A stretch of DNA of 64,000 bases from NCBI GenBank assembly GCA_965214835.1, contig CBDCCK010000002.1, positions 2,880,001-2,944,000 of the forward strand, written 5' to 3'. Position numbers and translations under genes: made by a program. The DNA comes from Nitrosopumilaceae archaeon. GTDB lineage: Archaea > Thermoproteota > Nitrososphaeria > Nitrososphaerales > Nitrosopumilaceae. The notes below the pieces were generated by a model. It made no database searches, was not told the DNA's origin, and worked only from the letters and a program-made list of their open reading frames with translations. Position 1 is the first letter of the stretch, and each line of letters opens with the position of its first letter. Below, one piece after another: positions 40,621 to 51,287 of the stretch.

Positions 40621-40745
40621 GCATGGTCATGGGTGGGAACAAGTGGAAGACCATAACCCAGAATGCCGCAAAGTCCGATCTACCGACACTTTCCAGAGAG
40701 AAATCATCTACCGTAAACTTTCCAGTTCCTTATTTTGTACACGTA

Positions 40746-41257
40746 TGTGGGATCCGAAAAGTAGTTCACACCCCTCCCCCCTATCTGACAAATGTCGTAT
40801 CTGAAAATTATTTCACCAAGTGACATCGTACTTCTCTCCTGACTGTTCGTCAACAACCGTGGTTTCCTTTGTGGACATCTTGCGCCCATATGCTTGCGCG
40901 GGCGTCTTCTGGTTCTTTCAGTCAAGGGACATGTGGGGCCTATCGTAGTTGTACCACTTCATGAACAGATCCGTGGGATCGCTCTTTCTCATCATCATAT
41001 CCTCGAACTCGTGCAGCCTGCGCTGTATCTCGCCGTGCAGCCTCTCTACCTTGCCGTTTGTCTGCGGATGGCGCACCCCGGCAAGGACCTGCCGTATGCC
41101 TAGGGCCTCCAAGCTCCCCTCGAACCTGCTACGCCCCCCCCCCCTTTGCGCCCTGCTTTTCGTTTGCATAAAACTGGCTTCCGTGATCCGTCATTATTGA
41201 GGCAGGCCTGCCATGGTTCTGCATGGCCTCGTCAAGCACCTTGAGAGCGTTGCACAT
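40746..41257 (-). pseudogene. IS481 transposase C-terminal remnant
   Basis: HPQTNGKVERLHGEIQRRL; TIR at 40746. Confidence 0.85.
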
Positions 41258-41431
41258 GGTAAGCTCCGATCGACTCAGGCCCAACAGTAATGCTAGATCA
41301 GAGGATACGGATGAGATTTCATATAACGTCTACTGAGATGGGCGATTATTTGAGATAGACACGACGTACAGTTGGAAATGCGCCGGTTCCCACCGATATT
41401 GGGTTTTGAATTGTGATGGTTCTGACACTGG

Positions 41432-41704
41432 TCATTTTCCCGTATCGTGGTTTGATGCCAGTAACATCGCCTTTGCAAGATCACCTCCGGATCTAAGAAG
41501 GGCATCATTTGCGGTGTCTGCATCACATCCTGTCTGTGTCATCACCGCCTGCAGGTCAATCTTGCTGACATACAGCCCGTTGTCGCTTATCCACAGTACC
41601 GACCGCAGGATGTCACCATTGAACTTCATCAAGGCGCAGATGGCCACCTCTCTGGTACACCCAAACCGCATCAGGTTGTTGATTTTTTCCTCCTCACGGA
41701 TCAT
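41432..41704 (-). CDS. Small protein with two tandem UBA-like domains
   Basis: INNLMRFGCTREVAICALMKFNGDILRSVLWI and LQAVMTQTGCDADTANDALLRSGGDLAKAMLL. Confidence 0.65.
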   Translation of the reverse strand: MIREEEKINNLMRFGCTREVAICALMKFNGDILRSVLWISDNGLYVSKIDLQAVMTQTGCDADTANDALLRSGGDLAKAMLLASNHDTGK

Positions 41705-41999
41705 ATCTGCTGGAAAAAACCGGGTGACGGCATGCTAGCTCACCAAGTCGACGTGTATCGTGCAAGCTGTCGTCGGGCCGGACTGGACACTGTTCTGGAC
41801 TGGATCGTCAAACCTGTCATGTGTGTCATACCATACAAAATACGAAGATTCGTCAGCCCATTGAATGTTAGGAATCAGTGTATTGCCACTGCTGCTGGAC
41901 ATGGTAATGAAGACATCATAGTTTGCATGTGACGGCATGAATTGTGTATTAATCATCAGTTTTGTTGATGTGGATGAAGGTAAAAGTATACCTATGACG

Positions 42000-42380
42000 G
42001 GTTCTGTGTAATCCTAGTGATATAAACGTGAAATCACGATCTTCTCTAGGTTGGAATTTGTACCTAAACATAGCTCTTAGTGAAGCATTTTGAATGATCG
42101 TCTTCCACTTGTTTGTACCGTCCATGTTTATCAGGGCCGATTCTGCCGAGGTCTGGCCGTCCAGTGCGCCGTGCTTTTTTGTGAAATTATAACATACCCC
42201 CACTCCATCAAGGATTGCAGCATGGATCTTTTTGAGGCCCCTGAATACATTCCCACGGTCTCTAGTCTCGCCGTTGAGCCCTCCATCTTGTTGTCCCGAT
42301 CTCTTTTTCCAGCTAGGCGGATGTGTTTTACGTGATTCGTATTCTTTCCAAATACCTCCCTTCCATGCATGCTTGCGTTC
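42000..42380 (-). pseudogene. IS6-like transposase C-terminal remnant
   Basis: YNFTKKHGALDGQT...NKWKTIIQNAS; GGTTCTGTGTAATC end. Confidence 0.75.
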
Positions 42381-42384
42381 CAAG

Positions 42385-42575
42385 TACAAGTGTATCGAGC
42401 TCACCAACAACGCTGGAGCGGGCGCTACGCCCCGCCGTGCTACACCGCAAGATAGACGGCAAGATCAGGGGCTGCCTGCTCTGGATGGACCGGTCTGGAT
42501 GGTTCGCGACATGCACGTCGACATGTAGGCCGCAGGGCAAGTCCATAATGGCAGAGGTGGCCAAGATAGTACAAG
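42385..42575 (+). pseudogene. IS66 transposase 3' remnant
   Basis: TNN..ERALRPAVLHRKIDGKIRG, similar to 25320-25490. Confidence 0.7.
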
Positions 42576-42580
42576 CATAA

Positions 42581-45399
42581 TACCTTATGCGTAAACGAAA
42601 TTAGCGGTGGTACCCCCGACACCCATGCTACAAAGAGAGGGTGCAGCAGTGACGGCGCACACACATGACGGTGCCTTGCAATGTTCAAAATATTTGATCA
42701 AAACCACAATTATTTTCAGACGATTGATTTAGATCTGGGATCCATTCTCGCACAAAAGTGATGGAAGTCCGAGACCGAGCTGATACGGAGGCTGAGGGAG
42801 GAAAAGGCGCAAGACAGGAAGAAGAAGATACGGGGCGGGAAGAAGATCAGAGAGTACGAGAGGGAGAAGACTCAAGACGGGAAGAGGATCAGCGAGTACG
42901 AGAAAAGACACGAGCAGGATCAGGATGAGATGAGGCAGATGACGGCCTTCGCAAGATGTGGCCCGCATCCTGGGAGGACGACAGGCGCTCCATACACAGT
43001 GCAGCGTTCCTGCACAGGTACGAGGCGCTTGAGGACATAATCAGCGGCGGGTCCCTGCAGGCCGCCACGTCGATGGACCTGCCACCAGTTTGACCATATA
43101 TCCGATTTGTTTACAAAGCTTGCCAAAAAGCATCGAGTGCCCCCTGTTTTCCGAGGACGATGACGACGGGCCCGGAAACCGGTGCAGGCTGTCCTACCGC
43201 CACGCCCTCCTGCTTGGCCTGATGCGCAAGTGCAGAAACCTGATCCAAGAGCAGCTGGCAGTATTCTTTGGCATGAACCAGAGCACGGTATGCAGGTACC
43301 TCAAGTTTTCTGATACCATATTTGCCGAGATACTGCCCACGCCGGATGCCATATCATGCAGGATACGAAACGTCCGTACGACAGAGGAGCTCAAGGCGAT
43401 CGTCCCGGATCTGACGGTAATCATAGACGGCACGCACACGGACATACAGCGCCCCTCAGACAAGGAGCCGAGAAAAAAGGCATACTCGGGCGAGAAGAGC
43501 TTTACGCGCAACACGCAGGTGATGAGGCAACAAGGACGGACTGACGGCATACAAGCGCATCGGCGCCCGGAAGCACGCACGACCTCCACATGATACGGGA
43601 CAATCCGCTGGATCTGGGAATACTGACTGCCAAGATGCGCAGCAACAGGGGCACCCGGAGGACGAGAAGGTAAAGCTGCTCACGGATTTGGGATGCCTAG
43701 GAATCGAAAAATTGTACCCGGGAACCACGTCCCAGCAGGCCCCACAAAAAGCCAAAGGGGGCAAGCTTACAAGGAGGCAGCGCGCGCAAAACAGGAGGAC
43801 AAGCAGCAAGAGGGCCATAGTCGAGCACGCCATAGGGCGCATCAGACAGTACAAGCGTGATCTGGACCCCGTATTTTCGAACCACTTTTTGGGCGTTTTT
43901 GCGTAGTTCTGGCATCATTTGCCTGCCTCCCTTTGGTGCCGTACGATGAACTCCATCGGAGTGAGATAGCCAAGCGAGGAGTGTATTCTGTCATCCGTGA
44001 AACGACTAGTCCCTAAAGGCCTCCTTTATGACTATGTGGCCTTGATGCTTCCGTGAAACGTTGGCCGTTTTGTTCCGGCGTCCTGTATGCTATGAGCTCG
44101 TGCCTTATTCCCAGCCGTTTTAGGGACTCCCTGAACATGCGCGACGTATACTGCGGATCGTTGTCTGTCCGCAGGGTAAGCATGCTGCAGTCCGGATCTG
44201 CTGCCGATACCGCATCGAGTACGGCCTGAACCGCATTCTCCTTTTGCGCCGTGGTATCAAAGGAGTATGCAAGCCATCTGCGCGAAAAGGCATCAAGTAC
44301 GTTGAAGCAGTAGCACCAGCCGTCCCCGCTGCCGCAGTCCACGTATGTGATGTCTGCCTGCCACAGCCGGTTGGGGGCATCTGGCTTTGTAAGCTTGCGC
44401 GAGGCCCGTATTATGTCGTTTTTGGTCTTTTTGGGCTCGATCCAGCCTATCTGGCGGTAGATTCGCTGTATCTTTTTGCGGTTTACGCGCACGCCAGTCT
44501 CGCGCAATATCTGGTTTGCCATCCTCCGGGTTCCGTACGTTGGCCTTGTTTTGCCTATGGCACGTGTGATTGAGACCGTCCTAGAGTCGGCTTTTCTGGT
44601 TCGTCTGTCGGCGTCCTTCCTGGCGTAATACCAGGTGCCCTTTGAGACGCCGCAGTATTTCAGGGCCGTGTTGAGGCTCATCTTCTGGTGGCAGATCTGT
44701 ACGGCATTCATCCTTTGCTCAGCTCCATTGTTTTTTTTAAAGCGTCACAGGCCACTGCATACTCGCCTATGATGCGTTTGAGATTCTGGTTCTCCTTTTG
44801 CAGGGCAGCCGCTGCCTTGTCATTCCGGCCCAGGATGGATGCCTTGCCGCCCTCGACGAACCTGTCCATCCATCTGCCAAATGTGGTGGGCGCGATGTTG
44901 TGCTTGCGGCACAGCTCGGCAGTGCTGATGCTGGTCTTGATGGACTCCATCACTATGTCTGTCTTTTCGGCCAATGTGAACTTTTGTTTTTTCATGCCCC
45001 GTATGCCCTCCTGTCATATACAAATTCTACGCATTTGGGTGGTTCGAATTTTATGGGATCCTCACCAAGCGGATGTGCGACCCGTACGACGGGACTGCCC
45101 GAGGAGCTTGACCGGGAGTTCCAGGTGACGGCCGGGCTTGCCAACCTTAGGCTGCTGTGGGACAAGCGGAACAAGAAGCTCAGGCTTGGGTTCTGATACT
45201 GCGATACGGAGCGCATTGCGGCGCCACACGATGCCGCACCATGCTGCAGTTTTCGTCAGCCAGACGTGTTCATAACTGCGCGGTATGATGTCCCTGGTGG
45301 CCCAATGCATGTCATGTGGCGCTGCCTGCCTTGCATGCACGGCCAAAGTAATGTCGGAGTTTTTTGATCCCGGCGATCCGGTCGATTACGCATAAGGTC
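42581..45399 (+). mobile_element. Degenerate IS5 (ISL2-like) element with a nested IS3
   Basis: TIRs ACCTTATGCGTAA / TTACGCATAAGGTC; many frameshifts. Confidence 0.85.
43858..45067 (-). mobile_element. IS3-family element (orfA 44708-44995, orfB 44013-44711, damaged 3' end)
   Basis: TG...CA imperfect TIRs; 4-bp TSD AGCG; YGTRRM, WQADITYV, LRTDND, TPEQNG. Confidence 0.9.
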
Positions 45400-45519
45400 T
45401 ATAGGCTGCCTCATACTTTTGCCATGTCACTCATGACACTGCGTCTTGGCTTGATGAGTGCTTGACGTGTCAGGAAATCATCAAGCCCGCATGATGATAT
45501 GCGAGGACGCCTCTCCACG

Positions 45520-46548
45520 TTATCTTGTGATGATTATCTTCATCGCATTGTCGCCGGCCCTGGCATGATCAAAGGCCTTTTGGGAGTCGGCGATTGGGTA
45601 GGTGTGAGTGACCAGCCTGCTGACGTCGACTTGGGACGACGAGATCAGCTCCAAGGCGGCCCTTGTATCTGCATCGGATGCGGCATAGCTTGTGAGCAGG
45701 GAGATTTCCTTTGCATAGATCTTGCTCATGTCGATTTCCATCACGGCGCCCCCGGAGGGGACCCCGAACATCATGACAGAGCCGCCGCTGCGAACCAGGT
45801 CAATTGCGTCCTCTAACGCCTGCAGGCTGCTGGTGGCGACAACTGCCACGTCCACGCCGCGGTTTTCGGTATGCTCCATGATCCTCGGTTTTCTGCTCTG
45901 ATCAGATGGGTGAAGGGACTCGGTTACTCCGAGTCTCCTTGCAAAGTCAAGGCGAAAGTCGTTTACGTCAAGGCATAAGATTTTTGAGAATTTCTTTGCC
46001 TGTGCCAGCATCACGTGCATCATTCCGGTCGGGCCCACGCCAAAAACTGCAATCGAGTCGTTTTTCCGATATGGGATTTTGGTCCAGGCACGTACGCAGC
46101 AGGCAAGGGGCTCCACCATGGCTGCCTCCTCAAAGCTCATTTTGTCAGGCAGCTTCAGCACCCCCCCGTGGGATACGTTCCACTCTGGTACCACATACTG
46201 CTCAGACAGGCCGCATGGAGAAAGATTCGTCTCTGAATACTTTGGGCAGACCGTCTCGTCTCCGTGCCTGCACAGGTGGCACGAATAGCAGGGGACGTGG
46301 TGGTGCGTAAAGACCCTGTCTCCAGCCTGGAGGCCGGCTACCCCATCCCCAACCGCAATGACGGTGCCCGCAGGCTCGTGTCCCAGGCGCATCGACGGTT
46401 TCCCATACCTTCCAAACACCTTTTCCAGGTCAGATCCGCAAATCCCGCATGCCTCCATTCGAACCAGGATCTCCCCAGATGAGACCCGGGGATCATCGGT
46501 TTCAGAGACGGCAACGACGGAGGGCTCACTTACAGAGGCAGTCTTCAT
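45520..46548 (-). CDS. Zn-dependent (MDR family) dehydrogenase
   Basis: CGICGSD, GHE, CxxCxxC structural zinc site, GVGPTG. Confidence 0.92.
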   Translation of the reverse strand: MKTASVSEPSVVAVSETDDPRVSSGEILVRMEACGICGSDLEKVFGRYGKPSMRLGHEPAGTVIAVGDGVAGLQAGDRVFTHHHVPCYSCHLCRHGDETVCPKYSETNLSPCGLSEQYVVPEWNVSHGGVLKLPDKMSFEEAAMVEPLACCVRAWTKIPYRKNDSIAVFGVGPTGMMHVMLAQAKKFSKILCLDVNDFRLDFARRLGVTESLHPSDQSRKPRIMEHTENRGVDVAVVATSSLQALEDAIDLVRSGGSVMMFGVPSGGAVMEIDMSKIYAKEISLLTSYAASDADTRAALELISSSQVDVSRLVTHTYPIADSQKAFDHARAGDNAMKIIITR

Positions 46549-46585
46549 TGCTCAGATATGCGGCAATGGGTATAAGTAGATTAAA

Positions 46586-46879
46586 CTAGACGCCCAGAAT
46601 CTTCTTGAGCATGACCCTATAGTCAACCTCAGATTTTGCACTGCCTGCTGCAGGCAATGCAAAGACGAGGGCCGATTTTTGCGCCCGAAGTGCGGTCAGC
46701 TCGTCGGTTATCGGCTCTGCAATGTCGTCACTGACCAGCACCAGTCCGATATCGGCATCATCGGCAAGCTCCCTGATTTTGCCTAGTGCCTGCTCAGAGC
46801 TTGTAGATACGACGCCGGGTACCCCGGCCAGCTGAAAGCTTGCCACAAACGACTTGCTTCCCACGGTACAGATCTTCAT
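46586..46879 (-). CDS. atpF: A/V-type ATP synthase subunit F (stand-alone)
   Basis: MKICTVGSKSFVASFQLAGV...IGLVLVSDD...LKKILGV. Confidence 0.85.
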   Translation of the reverse strand: MKICTVGSKSFVASFQLAGVPGVVSTSSEQALGKIRELADDADIGLVLVSDDIAEPITDELTALRAQKSALVFALPAAGSAKSEVDYRVMLKKILGV

Positions 46880-47239
46880 ATGGCTTGATGAGAAAAAGTT
46901 GTAATTTAATCCTTTACAGAAAATCAGCCAAGGCGTGCCACAAGCCAGATGCCGGGCCGGGCCGAACCGCCACCGATCTGCATGCATTCCCGGGACTTTG
47001 GCCAGCCAGTGCACGCCTTGCTTGGAAACGAATCCATCCCTGCAGGATGTATCCGGTTCGGCGGTGGCATGCGGATCTGCAGGCGATCCAGACCGAACCG
47101 TCTCGGGCTCGGGGCCGTCCTATGGGAAGCTTTTGGAGACGGAAAAAGCCACGTTCCTTTTCTGGCCAAGCGTGAAAACCACAGTTGTACGTGGATCTGT
47201 GCCTGATTGTTTGGCAGGTGGCCTCATATGAGACGTAGA

Positions 47240-47410
47240 CTATTTTCTACGAAACAGTCCGGACAGCCTTTCTACTACATTGTCCAGCGGGCATGACTCG
47301 CAGTGGGCCCCAGAGTACCGATCCATGTGTCTTTCGTATTTTTTTCTAGAGTCAAAGACTGTGTCGCATTTTTCGCAGTAGATCTTGGTTACGTCCTGTC
47401 GATCTTCCAT
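47240..47410 (-). CDS. Small zinc-finger protein (56 aa)
   Basis: IYCEKCDTVFDSRKKYERH...CESCPLD; manual translation. Confidence 0.65.
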   Translation of the reverse strand: MEDRQDVTKIYCEKCDTVFDSRKKYERHMDRYSGAHCESCPLDNVVERLSGLFRRK

Positions 47411-47460
47411 GGTTGATAGGCCCTGCTATCACATATAAAGATCCTGCCGGAGATGCCACC

Positions 47461-48595
47461 TGTGTATTGTACGAAAATTAAGTCGCACTAATTTGAGGAG
47501 GGTTGCAAAGGATTGCTTTAGGCTTTACCGATCAAGAAAACCGATGGTTGCAAGGCCCAGCGCACGACAGATCAGATACGCAGTAACGCAGTGTGCTAGG
47601 GGACGAAGGCCTTCGGAGATGGCCCAAGAGATAGGCGTCACAAAAAGGCATGTCCAGCGGATGTACGCCCAATTCAAGAAGACAGGAGGTACACACCATG
47701 TGCCTCTCAAGCCGGGAAGAAAAAGGAGTGCACCGGTTCCCGACGGGAGATTCATGGCTGGCCAGTGATGAAAGATGTCCTCACAGCCGGGAAGAAAAAG
47801 GAGCGCATCGGTTCCCGACGGGGCCGTGCGCGCCGTCTTGGAGGAGCACAAGCACAGTGCAGCAGGCGTGGTTCATACGGCCAGGAGGCTGCGAAGGCAA
47901 CACGATATAATCTATTACGAGGTATACAGGATAACGAGGGGGCACGGGCTGGTGACGCCGTCGCCTGCAAAGTCACAACCTAGAAAATACGTCCGCTTTG
48001 AGCGCAAGTACTCCAACGCCATGTGGCATGTGGACTGGCACGCCATGAAGGATCCGCGCTTTGCGGGACTCAACCTAGTCACGTTCCTGGACGACTCGTC
48101 TAGGTGCGTGACCGGTGCGGGCCTGTTCAAGGAGGCCACCTCGGAGAACGTCGTGGTGGTTCTGCGGCAGGCCACAGCCCAGTTCGGCGCGCCTGCCACA
48201 ATCCTCTCAGACAACGGCAAGTGCTTTGTAGGGGCGCGCTCGAGCTCGAAGAAGAGCCCGCCCAAAGGCGGGTGGAGGCCCACTGCATTTGAGGAGGAGC
48301 TACTCGACTGCGGAATCGAGATGATAAACTCCAAGCCGTATCACCCGCAGACCAACGGCAAGCTGGAGCTCTTCCACCGGAGCATCGAGGAGGAGATGTG
48401 GAACCACGAGAGCCTGTCTGCATATATCGGCTACTATAATGATGACAGGCTGCACTGGTCGCTGGATATAGACAACTATGAGACGCCGCTGCGGGCATTC
48501 TGTGACAGAAAGGCCACAGAAGCGATCAGGAAAAGCAACCCAAAACGGATGGAGGATGCCGGTGATGGTGCGACATAATTTTCGTATAATACAAA
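47461..48595 (+). mobile_element. IS481-family element; transposase disrupted by a 38-bp duplication plus 37-bp insert
   Basis: About 29-bp TIR TGTGTATTGTACGAAAATTAAGTCGCAC; WHVDWH, DDSSR, SDNG, PQTNGKLE. Confidence 0.88.
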
Positions 48596-48609
48596 TTTCC
48601 ACATGAAAC

Positions 48610-48844
48610 ATGAAACATAAAAAAAATAAAAATCATAAGCTGTATACTTACAATCTATGGAACTATAAGCAGTGTTTCATTAGTGTTCTCTTTACCACCA
48701 CTTGTAGGCGCAATAAATCAAACAAACATGCTTGGAAGTATGGTATCTATTGCCTACGCAGTTGCTACCACATTTGTACCTCTCATCATCGGGTTGTTTT
48801 TAATTAAAAAGCATAAAGTACACGTTAGCTTGCTGCGGGGCTGA
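48610..48844 (+). pseudogene. Two-TM small protein homologous to 9746-10000, shifted at an A8 run
   Basis: IKIISCILTIYG...NQTNMLGSMVSIAYAVATTFVPLIIGLFLIKKHK is in frame +1 relative to the ATG at 48610. Confidence 0.65.
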
Positions 48845-49000
48845 ACACGCGATAAAAACACCCCCACCGTAGCTGGGGTGATGGATCAACCCCTTGCGCG
48901 GCAAGCGCTCAGCGCATTCCGGGCCGAATAGGGATATCCGATCTGCTGTGTTCCTGTGCTTGGTGCACCGATGGATGACCGCAGCTTCTGATCCGTCGAA

Positions 49001-49212
49001 GCGGGGTTGCCGCCTAATTCATCAGAATTCCTGAAAACCAGGATATGTCGTCTGGGTTAGACGTGCAAAAGACTTTATGCGTAATCGACCTGAATGAGAT
49101 GAATTTGTTCGTAATGGTCCTAATCTGAACCGATTATGCAAAGTCTAAAGGGAGTGGAGGCTCAAAAGCGTGCAGATTGAGTCAGGCAAAGGGAGTTAGG
49201 CGACAATCCCGC
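49001..49212. mobile_element. MITE family C containing a nested MITE A (49071-49145)
   Basis: GGGGTTGCCGCCTAATT...AGTTAGGCGACAATCCC similar to 39679-39812; inner GACTTTATGCGTAA...TTATGCAAAGTC. Confidence 0.8.
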
Positions 49213-49945
49213 CGGCACGTGCAGGACGGCCGTGTACAACGGGTTCAGGGCAGCTCGGTGTTCACGTAGCCCGACGCCGAACAGATTAGTGAGAATCGGA
49301 TCGGATCAAAATTCCCGAGCATGGATGAGACGCCATTTTCGGTGGCAGGCAGCAGATCCTCGCATTCCCGGGTTGCAGTCGGCGACGGCTGCGTGCACTT
49401 TACGGCGGCAGGGACGTGTGCGGGCACAGTACCCGACGAGTTCTATCCGTGCTTCCTAGTGCCGTTGACCTGCGACGGGTACAAGCCGTGCCGTAGGTAT
49501 GAGAACATACAAGGGTGCTGGATGCACTTGCTACGCGAGGCTGGGATGCACGTATCCAAAGGGCGCGCCGAAAGGTCGCGCTGCAAGCAACTGCAGCTCA
49601 TACTCCACGAGGCCAGGCACATGTCCCCTGATCACTACTGCGCCGGGATTATACCGCGCGTAAAGGCAATAGCGGCGTGGCACACCAGGGGGCACAGTTA
49701 CGACGGCAGGCTTGCGGCTGCTGCCCCGCACATGATCACCGTTGCCAGGCATCCGGGCAAGGAGTCCACCAGCAACAGGGCAGGGGGCGCTGTGCAGGAT
49801 AGTCATGCAGGAGGCATACGGTTCTGGCTTTGCACCCCCACCGGCACGAGGATGCTCAGAACAATAATGACGTGCATCTGGACATGGCGCATGCGCGGGC
49901 CGGATGTGCCGGCCGCGCTAGTCGAGGCGCTTACGGCATCCAAGG
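49213..49945 (+). pseudogene. Degenerate IS66 transposase
   Basis: MDETP, TCDGY, QGCWMHLLRE, IMTCIWTWRMRG. Confidence 0.75.
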
Positions 49946-50148
49946 ATTCGTGCCTGTTTCCCGCCCCGGTTCCCCATGTTCAACCTAGCCGATTACGCAC
50001 GATATGCCAAGATTATGCTGCAGTTTTTGGTGTGCCCGCTGCGGTCAGCCGAGTCTCAGGCAGGGGACGGATCAAGGCCCGAGTCAGTTTAGGCACTAGT
50101 GTGTTAGTTTAGCACTAGTTTATATAACATGAAGGCAAAACTACCATA

Positions 50149-51039
50149 ATGAGAACATACATCGCAATCGCAGCAGTGTTGGTAATGCTGCCTGTTGCCC
50201 AAGTGGCAGGTGCAGGATCGGTACCATCATGGTTTAAGGATAACGCGGATGCGTGGTCGCAGGATATCATAAGCCAGGACGTGTTTATTCAAGGCATTCA
50301 GTACCTGATCACCGAGCAGGTAATCGAGATACCTCCAACCGAGGCCGCAGGGCAGGCATCAACGAGCGTGCCGGGCTGGTTTAAGGAGACATCCCAGGCG
50401 TGGGCACTAGGAATTATTGACGAGGCAGAATTTCTCGGTGCCATACAGTACCTGGTGACAAACGGGATAATCACGCTAGGAGTACCGGCTGACAGTCACG
50501 GGCAGGCAGCGAGCAGCGGTTCAGAGATAGAGTCGCTATACGGGGAGCTTGAGGCATGCGCAGAAATATCCAAGGCATACAAGAGGCTAGACTGTGAAAA
50601 GGCAGCAGAGGAGGCAATCACGGTCTATGAGTACAAGAGAGACGCGCAGCCGATACAGGTGGGCCCAATAAGCTACTACTGGAAGGGAATTGGCTCGGAG
50701 GGCAACTCGCTTGAGACCAGCGAGTCAGGACAGGCGTTGCTGAACATCAGAATGCTTGCAGAGAATACAAGCTCCGACAGGGTGGCGCTAAACTGCACCA
50801 GCCCCCAGATTTGCAGCTATGATATCACAGACGGCAGTACCGAGTTCAAGTATTCTGCGACGGACTTTACCAGCGGGCAGATCGTGCTCAACCCAGGCGG
50901 GGTTGCCGAGTTTAACATGCTCTTTGGCCCAAACATAGGATATGGCGGCACACAGTTTGTCTACGACCCTGCAAGAGACTACCACTTTAGGATATCTGAG
51001 GGATTCGGAGGAGCGCAGGTTCCACTAGACCTCAGCTAG
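50149..51039 (+). CDS. Secreted thaumarchaeal surface protein with two 'VPxWFK' repeats
   Basis: Signal peptide; VPSWFKDNA..W...FIQGIQYLI repeat; beta-rich C-terminal domain. Confidence 0.75.
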   Translation: MRTYIAIAAVLVMLPVAQVAGAGSVPSWFKDNADAWSQDIISQDVFIQGIQYLITEQVIEIPPTEAAGQASTSVPGWFKETSQAWALGIIDEAEFLGAIQYLVTNGIITLGVPADSHGQAASSGSEIESLYGELEACAEISKAYKRLDCEKAAEEAITVYEYKRDAQPIQVGPISYYWKGIGSEGNSLETSESGQALLNIRMLAENTSSDRVALNCTSPQICSYDITDGSTEFKYSATDFTSGQIVLNPGGVAEFNMLFGPNIGYGGTQFVYDPARDYHFRISEGFGGAQVPLDLS

Positions 51040-51083
51040 TCCCTTTTTTATGGTGAACAAGATGATGACGAGGGTGCAACGGG

Positions 51084-51287
51084 GTGGAGACGGTGGGAAG
51101 GACCTGTAAGGGGATTTGCCGGACGTTAAAGGCCGAACCGATGCCCAACCGGCTGCGGTACGGGATGGGCCACAAGAGGTGTACGTTTTGCGGTCTGTAC
51201 TTTAGCATTGCAGATCCCAGATGCCCCTGCTGCAAGGCAGTGCTCAGAACAAGGCCAAGAGGCAGGAAGGGGCAATGGCATACATAA
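51084..51287 (+). CDS. Small Cys-rich zinc-ribbon protein
   Basis: CKGIC...KRCTFC...RCPCCKAVLRTRPR. Confidence 0.7.
   Translation: METVGRTCKGICRTLKAEPMPNRLRYGMGHKRCTFCGLYFSIADPRCPCCKAVLRTRPRGRKGQWHT

Larger units (their letters stand above)
27032..40729. mobile_element. 13.7-kb composite unit bounded by inverted IS6-like ends
   Basis: GGAACTGGAAAGTTTACGG at the left and CCGTAAACTTTCCAGTTCC at the right; identical 8-bp flank TTATTTTG at 27024-27031 and 40730-40737. Confidence 0.75.

Noticed and set aside
46586-46879. Orphan ATPase subunit F as a novelty
   Set aside because: To my recollection subunit F is commonly separate from the operon in Nitrosopumilaceae.
46920-47225. GC-rich stretch with partial inverted similarity as an ncRNA
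   Set aside because: No consistent long stem or credible ORF could be established by eye.
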